DNA from: Candidatus Woesebacteria bacterium RIFCSPLOWO2_01_FULL_39_23
Lineage (GTDB): Bacteria; Patescibacteriota; Microgenomatia; UBA8517
Length of the DNA: 64,000 bases
Assembly: GCA_001793095.1 (NCBI GenBank)
Contig: MGHG01000008.1
Span: 269 to 64,268 of the forward strand
Direction of reading: 5' to 3'
Under the pieces are notes generated by a model. The model searched no databases. It worked only from the letters and a program-made list of their open reading frames with translations, and was not told where the DNA came from. This document shows, piece after piece, positions 28,804 through 39,104 of the stretch; the stretch's first letter is position 1; the number at the start of each line of letters is the position of its first letter. Made by a program: the position numbers and the translations under genes.

Positions 28804-30595
28804 TCCCCGGCTTTAGGCCTCCAAGATATCTTTCCCACATTATTTCGTACACTTTCTCCAGGTTTTTAACGAATAATTCTGTGTCGAATAAGGGGTAAGT
28901 CAGTCTATTAGATTTAAGTTTCAGTCTAAGTTGAAGAAGTTCTTCGGGATGGTTTGCGAGATGAACAACCAGGTTCTTATATTCTTGAAAACCGTGAGTA
29001 ATCAGCTCGGGCAGTCCTGCGGCCGTTAATATACTTGCCGCAACCCGCGAAGCAAAATGACTACCCATCAGGGTAATATAGGGTAACCCTGCCCACAGAC
29101 AGTCAGAGGAAGTAGTGTGGCCATTGACGATATATGTATCTAATCCAATATCGGCAAGTTTATGCCGTGCTAAATGCTCGGACTTATTTAATCGTGGAGC
29201 AATAATTACCCTCTCGGGATCAACTCCCCTAACTCTTGCTTCCTTTTTTAAATTCCCGGTAGTTTCATCATCGCTCTCTAGTTGCCACAACACACTTCCG
29301 GACACATCCTTTAAAATCTCCATCCATATATCAAACATCCGTGGTTCGATCTTATAAGCCTGGTTGAAAGCTGCAAAGATAACTCCTCTCTCAGGTAATC
29401 CGAAATCGGCTCTTGTATAAATCTTGTCCGAAATTACCTGAGTATTGTCAGTTATCTGATAACAACCCTGCATATAGACAACTTTCTCGCTGTAATATTT
29501 CTGGTGTTTTTTAGGAATTAAGACGCGATCGGCAATAATATAGTCCATGAAAGACGCGCCGGTTGTTCCAGGAAATCCTAACCATGTTACCTGTAAAGGT
29601 GCGGGTTTAAATGCGCAAATTTCAAGCCTGTTTCCCCGTGTATGCCCGGTTAAATCTACTAAAATATCAACCTTGTCATTATAAATCGTTTTAGCGGCTT
29701 CAGCATTGTCCATTCTCCTGACATCTAGAAACTTGTCACAACTTTTACTTATGTATTTTCTGTAATAACTATTATCATCCTCTCCGTAGGAATAGCCGAA
29801 TACCTTGAACGCACTTCTGTTATGCAATTCAAAGAGCCTTACGTCAAGATGAGCTACCGCATGATTCCTGAAATCATTAGACAGGTAGCCTATGTGAAGA
29901 ATTTTCTTTTTCCTTTTCTGAAATGAAAACTTCAAATTGACTAACGAGGCCGGCTTCCCCATATTCTTCCCCCAGATCCTTGCAACCTCAAAATTCTCTC
30001 TAACGTTTTCACTTCTTGTAATATTTATAAAAGGCGTTTCACCTGCTATCAATTCATTCGAATCAACTTTTTTCAGTTTCTTTTCTAGCTTTTTTATAGT
30101 TCTCCACTCGCATCTGTAGCGAAGAAGGTTGATAAGAAAAACATAGGCGAGTCTGTTTTCTGGATCGAGCTCGATTGTTTTTTTATATGCCGCTATCGCT
30201 TCATTTCTTTTTCCCAAATCCTTATATGCCATGCCAAGATTGCAGTATGACTCGACACTTCCCGGATTCAATTTTATTGAAGCAAGATAGCACTTAACTG
30301 CCTCGTCTAGTTTTCCAATTAAAACTAGGAGGTTGCCGAGGTTATTGAAAGTTTCAGGATAACACGGGTTGAACCTGAGTGCATTCTTATAGTCAGCCAA
30401 TGAATTATCATAAAATCCCCTCTCTTGAAAAATTACACCCCGGTTATTATAGGCAACAGCCAAGTTGAGACGGGCATCTTGATATTCAGGATCTAACCTA
30501 TAGGCTTGATTAAATTCCTCAATTGCCCGGTCCAAATTTCCGGTATTGGCTAATGCTATGGCCTTACGATTTCGGTCTTGTGCACTTAAGGTCAT
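28787..30595 (-). CDS. TPR-containing O-GlcNAc transferase-like protein (GT41)
   Basis: TPRs; IGYLSNDFRNHAV, DILVDLTGHT, PAPLQVTWLGFPGTTG, NGHTT, ASRVAASIL. Confidence 0.93.
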   Translation of the reverse strand: MTLSAQDRNRKAIALANTGNLDRAIEEFNQAYRLDPEYQDARLNLAVAYNNRGVIFQERGFYDNSLADYKNALRFNPCYPETFNNLGNLLVLIGKLDEAVKCYLASIKLNPGSVESYCNLGMAYKDLGKRNEAIAAYKKTIELDPENRLAYVFLINLLRYRCEWRTIKKLEKKLKKVDSNELIAGETPFINITRSENVRENFEVARIWGKNMGKPASLVNLKFSFQKRKKKILHIGYLSNDFRNHAVAHLDVRLFELHNRSAFKVFGYSYGEDDNSYYRKYISKSCDKFLDVRRMDNAEAAKTIYNDKVDILVDLTGHTRGNRLEICAFKPAPLQVTWLGFPGTTGASFMDYIIADRVLIPKKHQKYYSEKVVYMQGCYQITDNTQVISDKIYTRADFGLPERGVIFAAFNQAYKIEPRMFDIWMEILKDVSGSVLWQLESDDETTGNLKKEARVRGVDPERVIIAPRLNKSEHLARHKLADIGLDTYIVNGHTTSSDCLWAGLPYITLMGSHFASRVAASILTAAGLPELITHGFQEYKNLVVHLANHPEELLQLRLKLKSNRLTYPLFDTELFVKNLEKVYEIMWERYLGGLKPGIISLP

Positions 30596-32391
30596 TTGAC
30601 TATCATTTTGGCAGGTTTTAAGCCTTTTAAATACCTTCTCCAAACGATTTCATATGCCTTCTCTAGGTTCTTGACAAACATGGGAGTATCAAATAAAGGA
30701 TAAGTTAGTCTATTAGATTTAAGTTTAAGTCTAAGTTGAAGAAGTTTTTCAGGGTTGGTGGCAAGTTCGATGGCCAAATCCTTGTATTCTTCAAGGGAAT
30801 AAGTAATCAGCTCAGGTAATCCCACAGCAGTCAATATGCTCGCTGCGACACGGGAGGCAAAGTGCTTGCCCTCCAGAGTGACTAGAGGTAATCCTGCCCA
30901 CAGACAATCAGATGTTGATGTATGACCGTTACAAGTCACAGTATCAAGCGCCAAGTCAGCCAGCTTCAGTCTCGCAAGATGTTCGTCTTTGGGTAACCTG
31001 CCGGCAAAGATTAACCTACCGGCTCTTACACCACATTTTGCAGCTTGCTTTTTAAGATTCTTAATCGAAGTTGCATCGTATGCCATCAACCAGATCACGC
31101 TTTTTGGGACAGTTTTTAAAATTCTCATCCACGCTTCAAAAACGTCGGGCTCGATTTTGTAGGACTGGCCTAGATAACAGTAAACAAACGCATTTTCAGG
31201 CAGGGAGAAATCCGCACGCTTAAATTTTATAGCAGAAATCTTTTGCTTGTTATCGTTAATCTGATAACAATTGGGTAAAAAAATAAGTTTTTCTGTGAAG
31301 TACTTAGCATTCCCTGGTACAACTATGTTATCAGCAATCATATAATCTATAAACTTAGCGGCAGTTGTTCCGGGAAAACCTAAATAAGTGATTTGGATTG
31401 GGGCTGGTCGATAAGTACAAATCCGCAATCTGTTGTTACCCGTATGGCCTTTGAGATCCACCAGAATATCAACCTCATCATCATTAATTTGCCTTGCGCA
31501 GTCATAATCACTCATTTTTTGCAGGTCAACAAATTTGTCGGAATCTGCCTTAATTCTTTCAACATACTTGCTTTTGTCATCATCACTATACGAATAAACG
31601 TTCACGCTAAATTTTTTTTTGTCATGGAGTCTAAATAATCCCAAAATCAGATGTGATGTTGCATGGTCGCGAAAGTCAGCAGATAAGTAGCCAAGCCTTA
31701 TCCGGTGATGTTTTCTATTTTTGTTAGTAACTGAAAAAGTATCTTTTAGTCTGCCATAGCGGTCATTTAAATCTTTAGCCCAGATTTTTGTAATTTCAAA
31801 ATTGCGCTTAGAATCAGCAGTTCTCGTAACACTGATAAAAGGTTCTTCAACCGGCATCCGGTCGATTTTTATTTGCTTATTTTCCAAAGCGTCCAACCTG
31901 CTCGCGATCTGGTAATAGTCACGCCAATCACATAAGTACCTTTTGCAGTGCAGCAAATACGCATAAGCTTTGATATGCTCCGGATCGGCTTGGTAAGCCA
32001 AGCGGAAATAGCGCACCGCCTCTCTTATGCGGTTCATATTTTTATAAATCAAGCCTAGGTTTGTAAGTGCACCTGCATGTCTGGGGTCTATCTTAACGGC
32101 CGTTTTTAACCTCTGAAGGGCTATGTCCGTAAACCCGTGTTCGTGCATAATGTTACCTATTAAAAAATGCGTCTCGGCATTTGGCGGATCCAAGAGCATC
32201 GCCCGCTGGAGATATCCTAAAGCTTCGTATGGACGGCTCAAATTATTAAGTACGATACCTAAGTTGTTTAAAATACTCTGGTGGTTGGGATTTATTGCCA
32301 ATGCCAACTGAAAATACTTTAAGGCATGGATAAAATCACCTTTCTGACTAAGCCCAGCGGCAAAGTTGTTGTACTCCTCGGCTGTTCTCAT
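30592..32391 (-). CDS. TPR-containing O-GlcNAc transferase-like protein (GT41)
   Basis: LGYLSADFRDHAT, DILVDLKGHT, RPAPIQITYLGFPGT, NGHTS. Confidence 0.93.
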   Translation of the reverse strand: MRTAEEYNNFAAGLSQKGDFIHALKYFQLALAINPNHQSILNNLGIVLNNLSRPYEALGYLQRAMLLDPPNAETHFLIGNIMHEHGFTDIALQRLKTAVKIDPRHAGALTNLGLIYKNMNRIREAVRYFRLAYQADPEHIKAYAYLLHCKRYLCDWRDYYQIASRLDALENKQIKIDRMPVEEPFISVTRTADSKRNFEITKIWAKDLNDRYGRLKDTFSVTNKNRKHHRIRLGYLSADFRDHATSHLILGLFRLHDKKKFSVNVYSYSDDDKSKYVERIKADSDKFVDLQKMSDYDCARQINDDEVDILVDLKGHTGNNRLRICTYRPAPIQITYLGFPGTTAAKFIDYMIADNIVVPGNAKYFTEKLIFLPNCYQINDNKQKISAIKFKRADFSLPENAFVYCYLGQSYKIEPDVFEAWMRILKTVPKSVIWLMAYDATSIKNLKKQAAKCGVRAGRLIFAGRLPKDEHLARLKLADLALDTVTCNGHTSTSDCLWAGLPLVTLEGKHFASRVAASILTAVGLPELITYSLEEYKDLAIELATNPEKLLQLRLKLKSNRLTYPLFDTPMFVKNLEKAYEIVWRRYLKGLKPAKMIVK

Positions 32392-33233
32392 TTTTGTTTG
32401 GCGGTAATGCGCCCAATAACCTTCTGCCAATTGTCATCTTTCCCCAAAACAGACTCTAAGTCCTCAACTTTTATGTGATTACTACTATGCAAGCAGAGCA
32501 TATTAACCTCGGGTTGAAATTGGGCAAAGACGTTTTTTTTGTTCTTAAAATAATTTTCTTCGTTGAAATAAGGAGCAACATGCCACCAACATTTATAGTG
32601 CATTTGGGTTATAAAACTTATTACTTCTTTCGAATTTTCAAGTCTGTTATTTTCCACAAACAATACCGGGTGCAAACTCTCAATTACTCGTCGTGCACCT
32701 TGCAATACTTGAATTTCCATACCTTCGACGTCAATTTTTATTAAATTGCATCTTTTTAATTTCATATCATCAAGTGCCATCTTACCGACCAAATCTCCTT
32801 GATTATATTTTTCCAGTCTTACAGCCCCGAAATTCTGCTTAGTATTTGGATCCAAAACTGGAACAGCTATTACTCCACTCTCCGATCCGGCCGCAGCGTA
32901 TACCGCTTTGACATTTAATAATCCGTTTAAGGCTATATTACCGCATAACATATTAAATGAAGTTCTCTGGGGTTCTATGGCATAGACGTACCCGCCGTTA
33001 GCTACCTGGTTGGCAAAGAAAATACTGTGTGTACCTATGAATGCTCCCACATCAACTATTACATCACCTTCTTTTATAATCTGACCCAGTAAATCAATTT
33101 CTGCCTCGCACCATTCCCCATATAAATCAAGAGATCGACCAACAAACAAGTCATTTCTGTTGTACATAAAGATTCCGTGTTTTGTTCTTTTTATAGCAAC
33201 ATATCCTGACTGAAATTGTCTTTTGGTTATCAT
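32388..33233 (-). CDS. FkbM family SAM-dependent methyltransferase
   Basis: VDVGAFIGTH, AIEPQ, IKIDVEGME..VL.GA. Confidence 0.93.
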   Translation of the reverse strand: MITKRQFQSGYVAIKRTKHGIFMYNRNDLFVGRSLDLYGEWCEAEIDLLGQIIKEGDVIVDVGAFIGTHSIFFANQVANGGYVYAIEPQRTSFNMLCGNIALNGLLNVKAVYAAAGSESGVIAVPVLDPNTKQNFGAVRLEKYNQGDLVGKMALDDMKLKRCNLIKIDVEGMEIQVLQGARRVIESLHPVLFVENNRLENSKEVISFITQMHYKCWWHVAPYFNEENYFKNKKNVFAQFQPEVNMLCLHSSNHIKVEDLESVLGKDDNWQKVIGRITAKQK

Positions 33234-35356
33234 GTATGTAATATAATATTTCTTGGAAGATTACCAGAAAGGTAAGTCTTCCACATTATTTTGTAGGCCG
33301 TCTCAAGTTTGCTTACAAATCTCGGACTATCATATAAAGGTTTCGTTAGAATGTAACGAGTAAGTTTATTGTGCAATTTCAGTAATTCTTCCCTGTGAGT
33401 GGCATAATAAGTAGCAAGATCTTTATAGTCTTTTAGACTATGGCATATTAAATCCGGTAAGCCAACTGCCGTCAGTAAACTGGCGCTCATGCGGGATAAA
33501 TACGATTCGCCTGCTAAAGTAATTACGGGTACACCCACCCTAAGAGCATTACTGGTCGTTGCTCCGCCATTATAAATTCTGGTATCTAATGCCAAGTCTG
33601 CCAATTTCAATCTTTCTAAATGCTGGGGAAGGTCAATCCTGTCTGCAAATATAAGTCGATGAGGTTCAACTCCTCGTTTTTCTGCCTCATTTTTCAAATT
33701 TGTCTCGGCTTCTCTACTGCTTCTTAACAACCAAAGAACACTCCTCTCAACTGACTTAAGTATTCGCATCCAAACAGTAAACATTATTGGTTCAATTTTT
33801 AAAGTCTTATTAAAGGAACAAAATACAAAAGCGGTCTCGGGCAATCCCCAATCAGTTTTCTTGGTTTTTGTTAAAGAAATTTCCTGCGTATGGTCATTTA
33901 TTTGATAACAATCAGGCATAATCACCAGTTTCTCAGTGTAATACGTCTCTTTTTCCTTGGGTACAATTACCCGATCAACTATATTGTAATCAATAAAGTC
34001 TGCACCTAACGTTCCGGGAAATCCTAAATAAGTTACTTGAATCGGGGCCGGACGAAGAGCATTAATTATTAACCGTTCGTCTTTGGTGTGACCCTTAAGG
34101 TCAATTAATATATCAATCCTATCCTTATTAATAGTTTCAGCAGCCTCAACAAAACTACAGCTTGCGAGGTTTGTAAACTTATCAGCACCTTGGATTACTT
34201 TTTTAATATATTTATTTTCCAAGTCAAAACCATATGAATAGACATAAACTTCGAACTTTTTCCTATCGTGTAGTGAAAACATATTCTTAGTTAAATGAGC
34301 AACGGGATGGTCATTAAAGTCGTTCGTGATGTAACCCAACCTAATAATTCTCCTGTTTTTGGAATGCCTAAGATCAAAAGTGCTAGTCATCATATCCTTC
34401 GCCCTAGACTCGATAATCCTACTTCGCGCAACAGCTATGCGTTTGTGCTTCGAAAGATTATCCGAGCGTGTAATACTCATAAAAGGAAGTTCACCCAACT
34501 CGCGTTTATCCCTTAAGGATTTCAGTGTTAATTTGTCTAATAATTTGGAGTGCTTTGTTACCTCCTTCCAATCACATATATAACGCTCTAGATGAACCAG
34601 TTGAGCCAAGGCGGGTTCAAAGTCCGATTTAATTGCGAGTGCCGCAAGGTAATAGTCCCTAGCCTTAGTGACCATATCTAAATCCTCATATGCTTTTCCC
34701 AAGCTATTCAGTGCCTCGTGATAATCTATCTTAACTTCCAAGGCTTGCTTGTAATAAAAAATTGCATCCTTATATCTGCCCTCTATATGATAAACATTGC
34801 CTAAATTATAGAATGGCTCTGCGAAATTGCTCCCGTACTTAATCGCCTTTTTGAAATATTTTTTTGAGACTTCATATTCACCGTTATTGCATAAAATAGC
34901 TCCCAAATTGTTATTAGCAACCGCATTATCACTATCGATGGCGAGTACTTTTTTAAAATAATATAGAGCCTCATGTATCTTGCCTTTATCCTGCAGGGCA
35001 ACAGCCAGGTTGTTGTAGGCTCTTGCATCATGTAGGTCAAATTCAATATATTTTTTGTAGTATGTGATTGCCTGAGGTAAAAAGCCTAAGGACTGTTGAA
35101 CATATGCAAGGTTGTAATAAGCTTTGGCAAAATTATAATTTTTAGCAATCGCTTTGCGATAATACACCGAAGCGCGGTTAAGTTTATCTTGCATGAAGTA
35201 AACATTACCTAAATTAAAATACGCCGGAGCGAAATTAGGGTTTTGGGAAAGACTTGCATGAAGTAATTTTACAGCCTTGATAATATTTCCTCGATTGACA
35301 TACTCGATTCCCTTATTATTTAAGATTTCTTCTTCGGATAGTTTTTGTCTAACCAT
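33230..35356 (-). CDS. TPR-containing O-GlcNAc transferase-like protein (GT41)
   Basis: About 7 TPRs; GYITNDFNDHPV, DILIDLKGHT, RPAPIQVTYLGFPGT, YNGGATT. Confidence 0.93.
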   Translation of the reverse strand: MVRQKLSEEEILNNKGIEYVNRGNIIKAVKLLHASLSQNPNFAPAYFNLGNVYFMQDKLNRASVYYRKAIAKNYNFAKAYYNLAYVQQSLGFLPQAITYYKKYIEFDLHDARAYNNLAVALQDKGKIHEALYYFKKVLAIDSDNAVANNNLGAILCNNGEYEVSKKYFKKAIKYGSNFAEPFYNLGNVYHIEGRYKDAIFYYKQALEVKIDYHEALNSLGKAYEDLDMVTKARDYYLAALAIKSDFEPALAQLVHLERYICDWKEVTKHSKLLDKLTLKSLRDKRELGELPFMSITRSDNLSKHKRIAVARSRIIESRAKDMMTSTFDLRHSKNRRIIRLGYITNDFNDHPVAHLTKNMFSLHDRKKFEVYVYSYGFDLENKYIKKVIQGADKFTNLASCSFVEAAETINKDRIDILIDLKGHTKDERLIINALRPAPIQVTYLGFPGTLGADFIDYNIVDRVIVPKEKETYYTEKLVIMPDCYQINDHTQEISLTKTKKTDWGLPETAFVFCSFNKTLKIEPIMFTVWMRILKSVERSVLWLLRSSREAETNLKNEAEKRGVEPHRLIFADRIDLPQHLERLKLADLALDTRIYNGGATTSNALRVGVPVITLAGESYLSRMSASLLTAVGLPDLICHSLKDYKDLATYYATHREELLKLHNKLTRYILTKPLYDSPRFVSKLETAYKIMWKTYLSGNLPRNIILHT

Positions 35357-35381
35357 GATACTTGGGTTATTATATACACAA

Positions 35382-36026
35382 ATGCTTACGAACATTAATG
35401 CTTCGTTCATTTTCCCTGCAACTGAAGCTAGACTGGCAAACAGATTAATTAACACCTTGGGTAATAAATTCACCAATTTTGAAGCTTTTCCGCTCTATGG
35501 CATGAATTCGTTTTTTCAAACTTGGAGAAATGGATTATCAAAAGCCAAAAAAAAATATCTCGTTTTAACCCACCAAGATGTGGAATTTATAAGTATTCCC
35601 GATTTAGATAAAATATTTAGTGAAAACACTGGCATGATTGGCCCTGCTGGAACTAAGATCATCACAAAAAAGGATCCATGGTGGTTCTCCCCAGGGCGAC
35701 TCGAAAATAACCACTTGTCAGGTGAGGTTTTTCATAAAAAAGGAGGCAAACGTATGACAAAGAGTTTCTACGGCAAATACGGTGAAGTTTTAGTATTGGA
35801 TGGCGTCTGTCTTATCACTGAAAAGGAAATACTTGCGAAAGTTGGTGTTCCTAAAATAACATGGGCTCGCTGGGACTTTTACGATCACGTCATCTCGCTA
35901 AAATTTATTAACAAGGGTTATACTCTTAAAACCTCACCTATTAAACTTGTCCACTTTTCCTCAGGAGAAAAAAGAAGACCCGACTACTTTAAGAACCAAG
36001 AAATATTTGTCAAAACATATTTTTAA
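35382..36026 (+). CDS. GT-A fold glycosyltransferase-like protein
   Basis: N.G...AK.KYLV.THQDV, G..G.AG, V.VLDG..L, DFYD, HFS. Confidence 0.8.
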   Translation: MLTNINASFIFPATEARLANRLINTLGNKFTNFEAFPLYGMNSFFQTWRNGLSKAKKKYLVLTHQDVEFISIPDLDKIFSENTGMIGPAGTKIITKKDPWWFSPGRLENNHLSGEVFHKKGGKRMTKSFYGKYGEVLVLDGVCLITEKEILAKVGVPKITWARWDFYDHVISLKFINKGYTLKTSPIKLVHFSSGEKRRPDYFKNQEIFVKTYF

Positions 36027-36679
36027 TCCACAAAGTCCAGTAATCTCCTGAAATTTTTTATAACTACTTTTGCTCCAAGCTTCTCAAAATCGTCAAGCTT
36101 GTAAAACTTGTGATTGCTTTCGGGAAAATAGATAATTGTAGTTATACCCGCACGCTTGCCTCGTATAACATCTCTAGGTGAATTACCTACAAAAAGCGCC
36201 TTTCTTTTCGTACCTCCGAGTAAATCCAATACGTGTACAAGACTTTCTCCATCATTCTTGTTATCATCAACACCTCTTTTAGTGTAAATCTGATCGAAAT
36301 AACTTTTTATTTCTAGGTTGGTTAGAGCTTTTTCAACAAGATTCTTGTTTTCAGGTACCAGAAGAGCAAGCTTTTTTCGCGTCCGTTTCAAAGCAGTCAA
36401 AACAGATTTTACGCCATCAAAAAGCTCGGGTTTTTGAAGTTTACTCTCTAAAGTAGTGTAAAACCTGGAAAAGAAGTCTTGGGGATTAACCACTCCAAAG
36501 GAGGCAAAGCCGTTTAGCCATTTTCCAAAGGCCTTATCAATTATTTCTCTGTCAGTTGTTAAAATCCCTTCTTTTAATAATTCTTCTTTAAGCGTTCCCA
36601 AAACCACATCCATGGTATTAGCCAGACAGCCATCCCAATCCAGAATAATATATTGATAAGAATCCCCAACAACCCGCAT
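36023..36679 (-). CDS. HAD-superfamily hydrolase
   Basis: ILDWDGCLANT motif I; FVGNSPRD..G..AG motif IV variant. Confidence 0.85.
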   Translation of the reverse strand: MRVVGDSYQYIILDWDGCLANTMDVVLGTLKEELLKEGILTTDREIIDKAFGKWLNGFASFGVVNPQDFFSRFYTTLESKLQKPELFDGVKSVLTALKRTRKKLALLVPENKNLVEKALTNLEIKSYFDQIYTKRGVDDNKNDGESLVHVLDLLGGTKRKALFVGNSPRDVIRGKRAGITTIIYFPESNHKFYKLDDFEKLGAKVVIKNFRRLLDFVD

Positions 36680-36735
36680 AACTTTTTAAGAATTCTAACA
36701 TAATATATGATTTCACAAGCTACCCCGTCTCAAAC

Positions 36736-37722
36736 TTGCCCGGTACGTATGTTACAATTAACTCTAGAATGTTCTCAGACCCGATAAAGTTTTATTTAGT
36801 TCGAGATAGTAAAATTGGTAGCTTAAAGGACGACTTCAGGAAAATTATCAATGATTTGGCCACTTATGGTGACATCGGCTTTAATCAGGCATCTGAGGGT
36901 GATGTAACCCTGTCATTCACCGAAACACCTATTAAAGCTAACTTAAAAACTTCAATTAACGTTAAAAATCAAGACTATGTAAGCTCACAGCAAATTATTT
37001 TAACTTGCGAAAGAAAAGACAACGTATCTGTAAATATTCTCAAAAATATCACATCACGTATCGGTTACAGAATATTTAATCCTCAAAACAATTATTTTCT
37101 AGTGAATAACCCCGGTATAATTGATTTAACAACCTTTGATGTTGAGGAAAAAGTATTAAAGATTTTCAAAAACTACGAACTTACTCCCCTTTTCCAATTC
37201 CAAAACAGTCTGGTCTATTTTGCCCAAGATAATAAGGGTAACATTCGCTTTATAAATAGGAATTTACTCGAACATCTTTTAGAACAACCCGCCGACCTTC
37301 CCAAACAAAAAGATTTTAGCGTTATTGTAGCGAAAGATGTTGGTCATTTCGTCGCTCTCTTTGACCGGGGGGTTATACCCACCACCTTTTATGAGTATTT
37401 TTTTAATCAGGTTATATTATTGAATTTATCGGGCGTAAATATTCACAAAACCGAAAAAGAAATATATGTCGCCCCTCTTTTCTTCCAATACAGTTCTTCC
37501 AAACAAAACTTTACTTCTCTAAAATCGGAAAAAGACTTCTCAAGGCAGGATAAGTTACATAAAGGTCGATCAGTTCGGGTGTACCTGCAAAAACTACTCA
37601 AAGATTTTAAAATAAAAAACACCATCCTGGCTGTTAAAATTGCCAGAAATATAAGCTATGTCTTTAATCAAAAAGGTGTGTTAACGCCCAGACTCAATGT
37701 TAATGTTTTTCTAGACGAATAA
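36736..37722 (+). CDS. Hypothetical protein (probable start 36769)
   Basis: Long ORF with no recognised motif. Confidence 0.7.
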   Translation: MPGTYVTINSRMFSDPIKFYLVRDSKIGSLKDDFRKIINDLATYGDIGFNQASEGDVTLSFTETPIKANLKTSINVKNQDYVSSQQIILTCERKDNVSVNILKNITSRIGYRIFNPQNNYFLVNNPGIIDLTTFDVEEKVLKIFKNYELTPLFQFQNSLVYFAQDNKGNIRFINRNLLEHLLEQPADLPKQKDFSVIVAKDVGHFVALFDRGVIPTTFYEYFFNQVILLNLSGVNIHKTEKEIYVAPLFFQYSSSKQNFTSLKSEKDFSRQDKLHKGRSVRVYLQKLLKDFKIKNTILAVKIARNISYVFNQKGVLTPRLNVNVFLDE

Positions 37723-37775
37723 ATTTTAAAACGAATTTCACTAACCATCATTCGTTAACCACTAATCACTAGTTT

Positions 37776-39098
37776 ATGGCAACGATATCCTTTCTCAAAT
37801 ACGACCGAGTAATCTTGGTAGAAAATCCTGTTGAGGGGACCGAGGTTACTTGTCAAGAACTGATTAATGCAATTCGAGATTACGAAGACGAACTTTCATT
37901 TATGGATTATGGTCATATTGCAAACGCATATGGCAAACAGCCTCTGGGTGGAGGGTCGTTTGTTGGAATAACACTTGAACTTATCAATAATTGGCGAATA
38001 CAGTTTGAATCCCCGGGTGCACCACCGACGATAACGGTATATGTCCGCGGTGGAAATCTGGTTGCCGTCAATAGTTACAGCAATAATCCCATTAAACCTT
38101 CTGATTATGTAACTGTTATTATCGCCCAATCCTCCTCTCCTACCATAATTACTCCTCCGGAGGATTTGAACATGCTTTACCTTATTGAATCTTTAAGAGG
38201 GAGACATGCAACACTGGGAAGTATATTTTATTGGGATCCAGTGGGGGGAAATGATGCGAACGACGGAACTCAACCGGGAGATGCTGTCCAAACTTTTGCC
38301 ATGGCACAAACCCTGTGCACCGCCGGAAATAACGATATTATATTCGCTCTCGCTACAGATTCCCTGGGAATTACTACTGTTACCAATGAGTCTTTAAATA
38401 TTACTGTACCAACATTAAAACTCCGGGGTCCGGGTTATGCTTTTCAACTTAAACCCGCCACATCGGGCAGCGATGTCATTAATGTAACTGCAAATGCACA
38501 CGGCATTGAAATAAGTGGATTTTATATTGAACCTGCAGCAGGAGGAAGCGACAACGGTATAACAATTAACGATGCGGATAACATATTAATAAAAGATTGC
38601 TGGATTTATGGAGCAACCGCAAACGGGATAGATATATCAAATTCGACTAGAACGAAAATTGAAAAGTGTGCTATCGAAAACTGTTCTGCTGGAAATGGGA
38701 TTGCCTTGGGGGCGGCAACAACAAGAAACAATATTTCAACTTGCATAATTACAGGCTGCGCTAATGGTGTTGACCTCTCCGGAAGTGGATTGTCTGATAA
38801 TATCTTAGAAAATAATATTATTTACAATAACACCGGTGCCGGTATAGATATAAGTACGGATGTTGCGAGAACAGGGATCAGACTCCACCACACCCTTTCA
38901 GGCAATACGCCGAATATAAATAACCTAAGCTCTACGACATTCCAAGACACTTCGGGAACTATAACACAAGGAGATATCGATGCTATCGTTGACGGAGTTT
39001 GGGATGAGGTTATCTCCCCCGCTCATGTTACTGTGGGTACTGCCGGAAGAACTCTTCGCGATGCCAAGACAAAAGCTACTTTGGCTTCGTTGAAATAA
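37776..39098 (+). CDS. Virion-like protein with right-handed beta-helix domain
   Basis: GNDANDG.....A.QT...A motif and repeated GI.I....N..I..C.I beta-helix rungs. Confidence 0.75.
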   Translation: MATISFLKYDRVILVENPVEGTEVTCQELINAIRDYEDELSFMDYGHIANAYGKQPLGGGSFVGITLELINNWRIQFESPGAPPTITVYVRGGNLVAVNSYSNNPIKPSDYVTVIIAQSSSPTIITPPEDLNMLYLIESLRGRHATLGSIFYWDPVGGNDANDGTQPGDAVQTFAMAQTLCTAGNNDIIFALATDSLGITTVTNESLNITVPTLKLRGPGYAFQLKPATSGSDVINVTANAHGIEISGFYIEPAAGGSDNGITINDADNILIKDCWIYGATANGIDISNSTRTKIEKCAIENCSAGNGIALGAATTRNNISTCIITGCANGVDLSGSGLSDNILENNIIYNNTGAGIDISTDVARTGIRLHHTLSGNTPNINNLSSTTFQDTSGTITQGDIDAIVDGVWDEVISPAHVTVGTAGRTLRDAKTKATLASLK

Positions 39099-39104
39099 TT
39101 TGGC

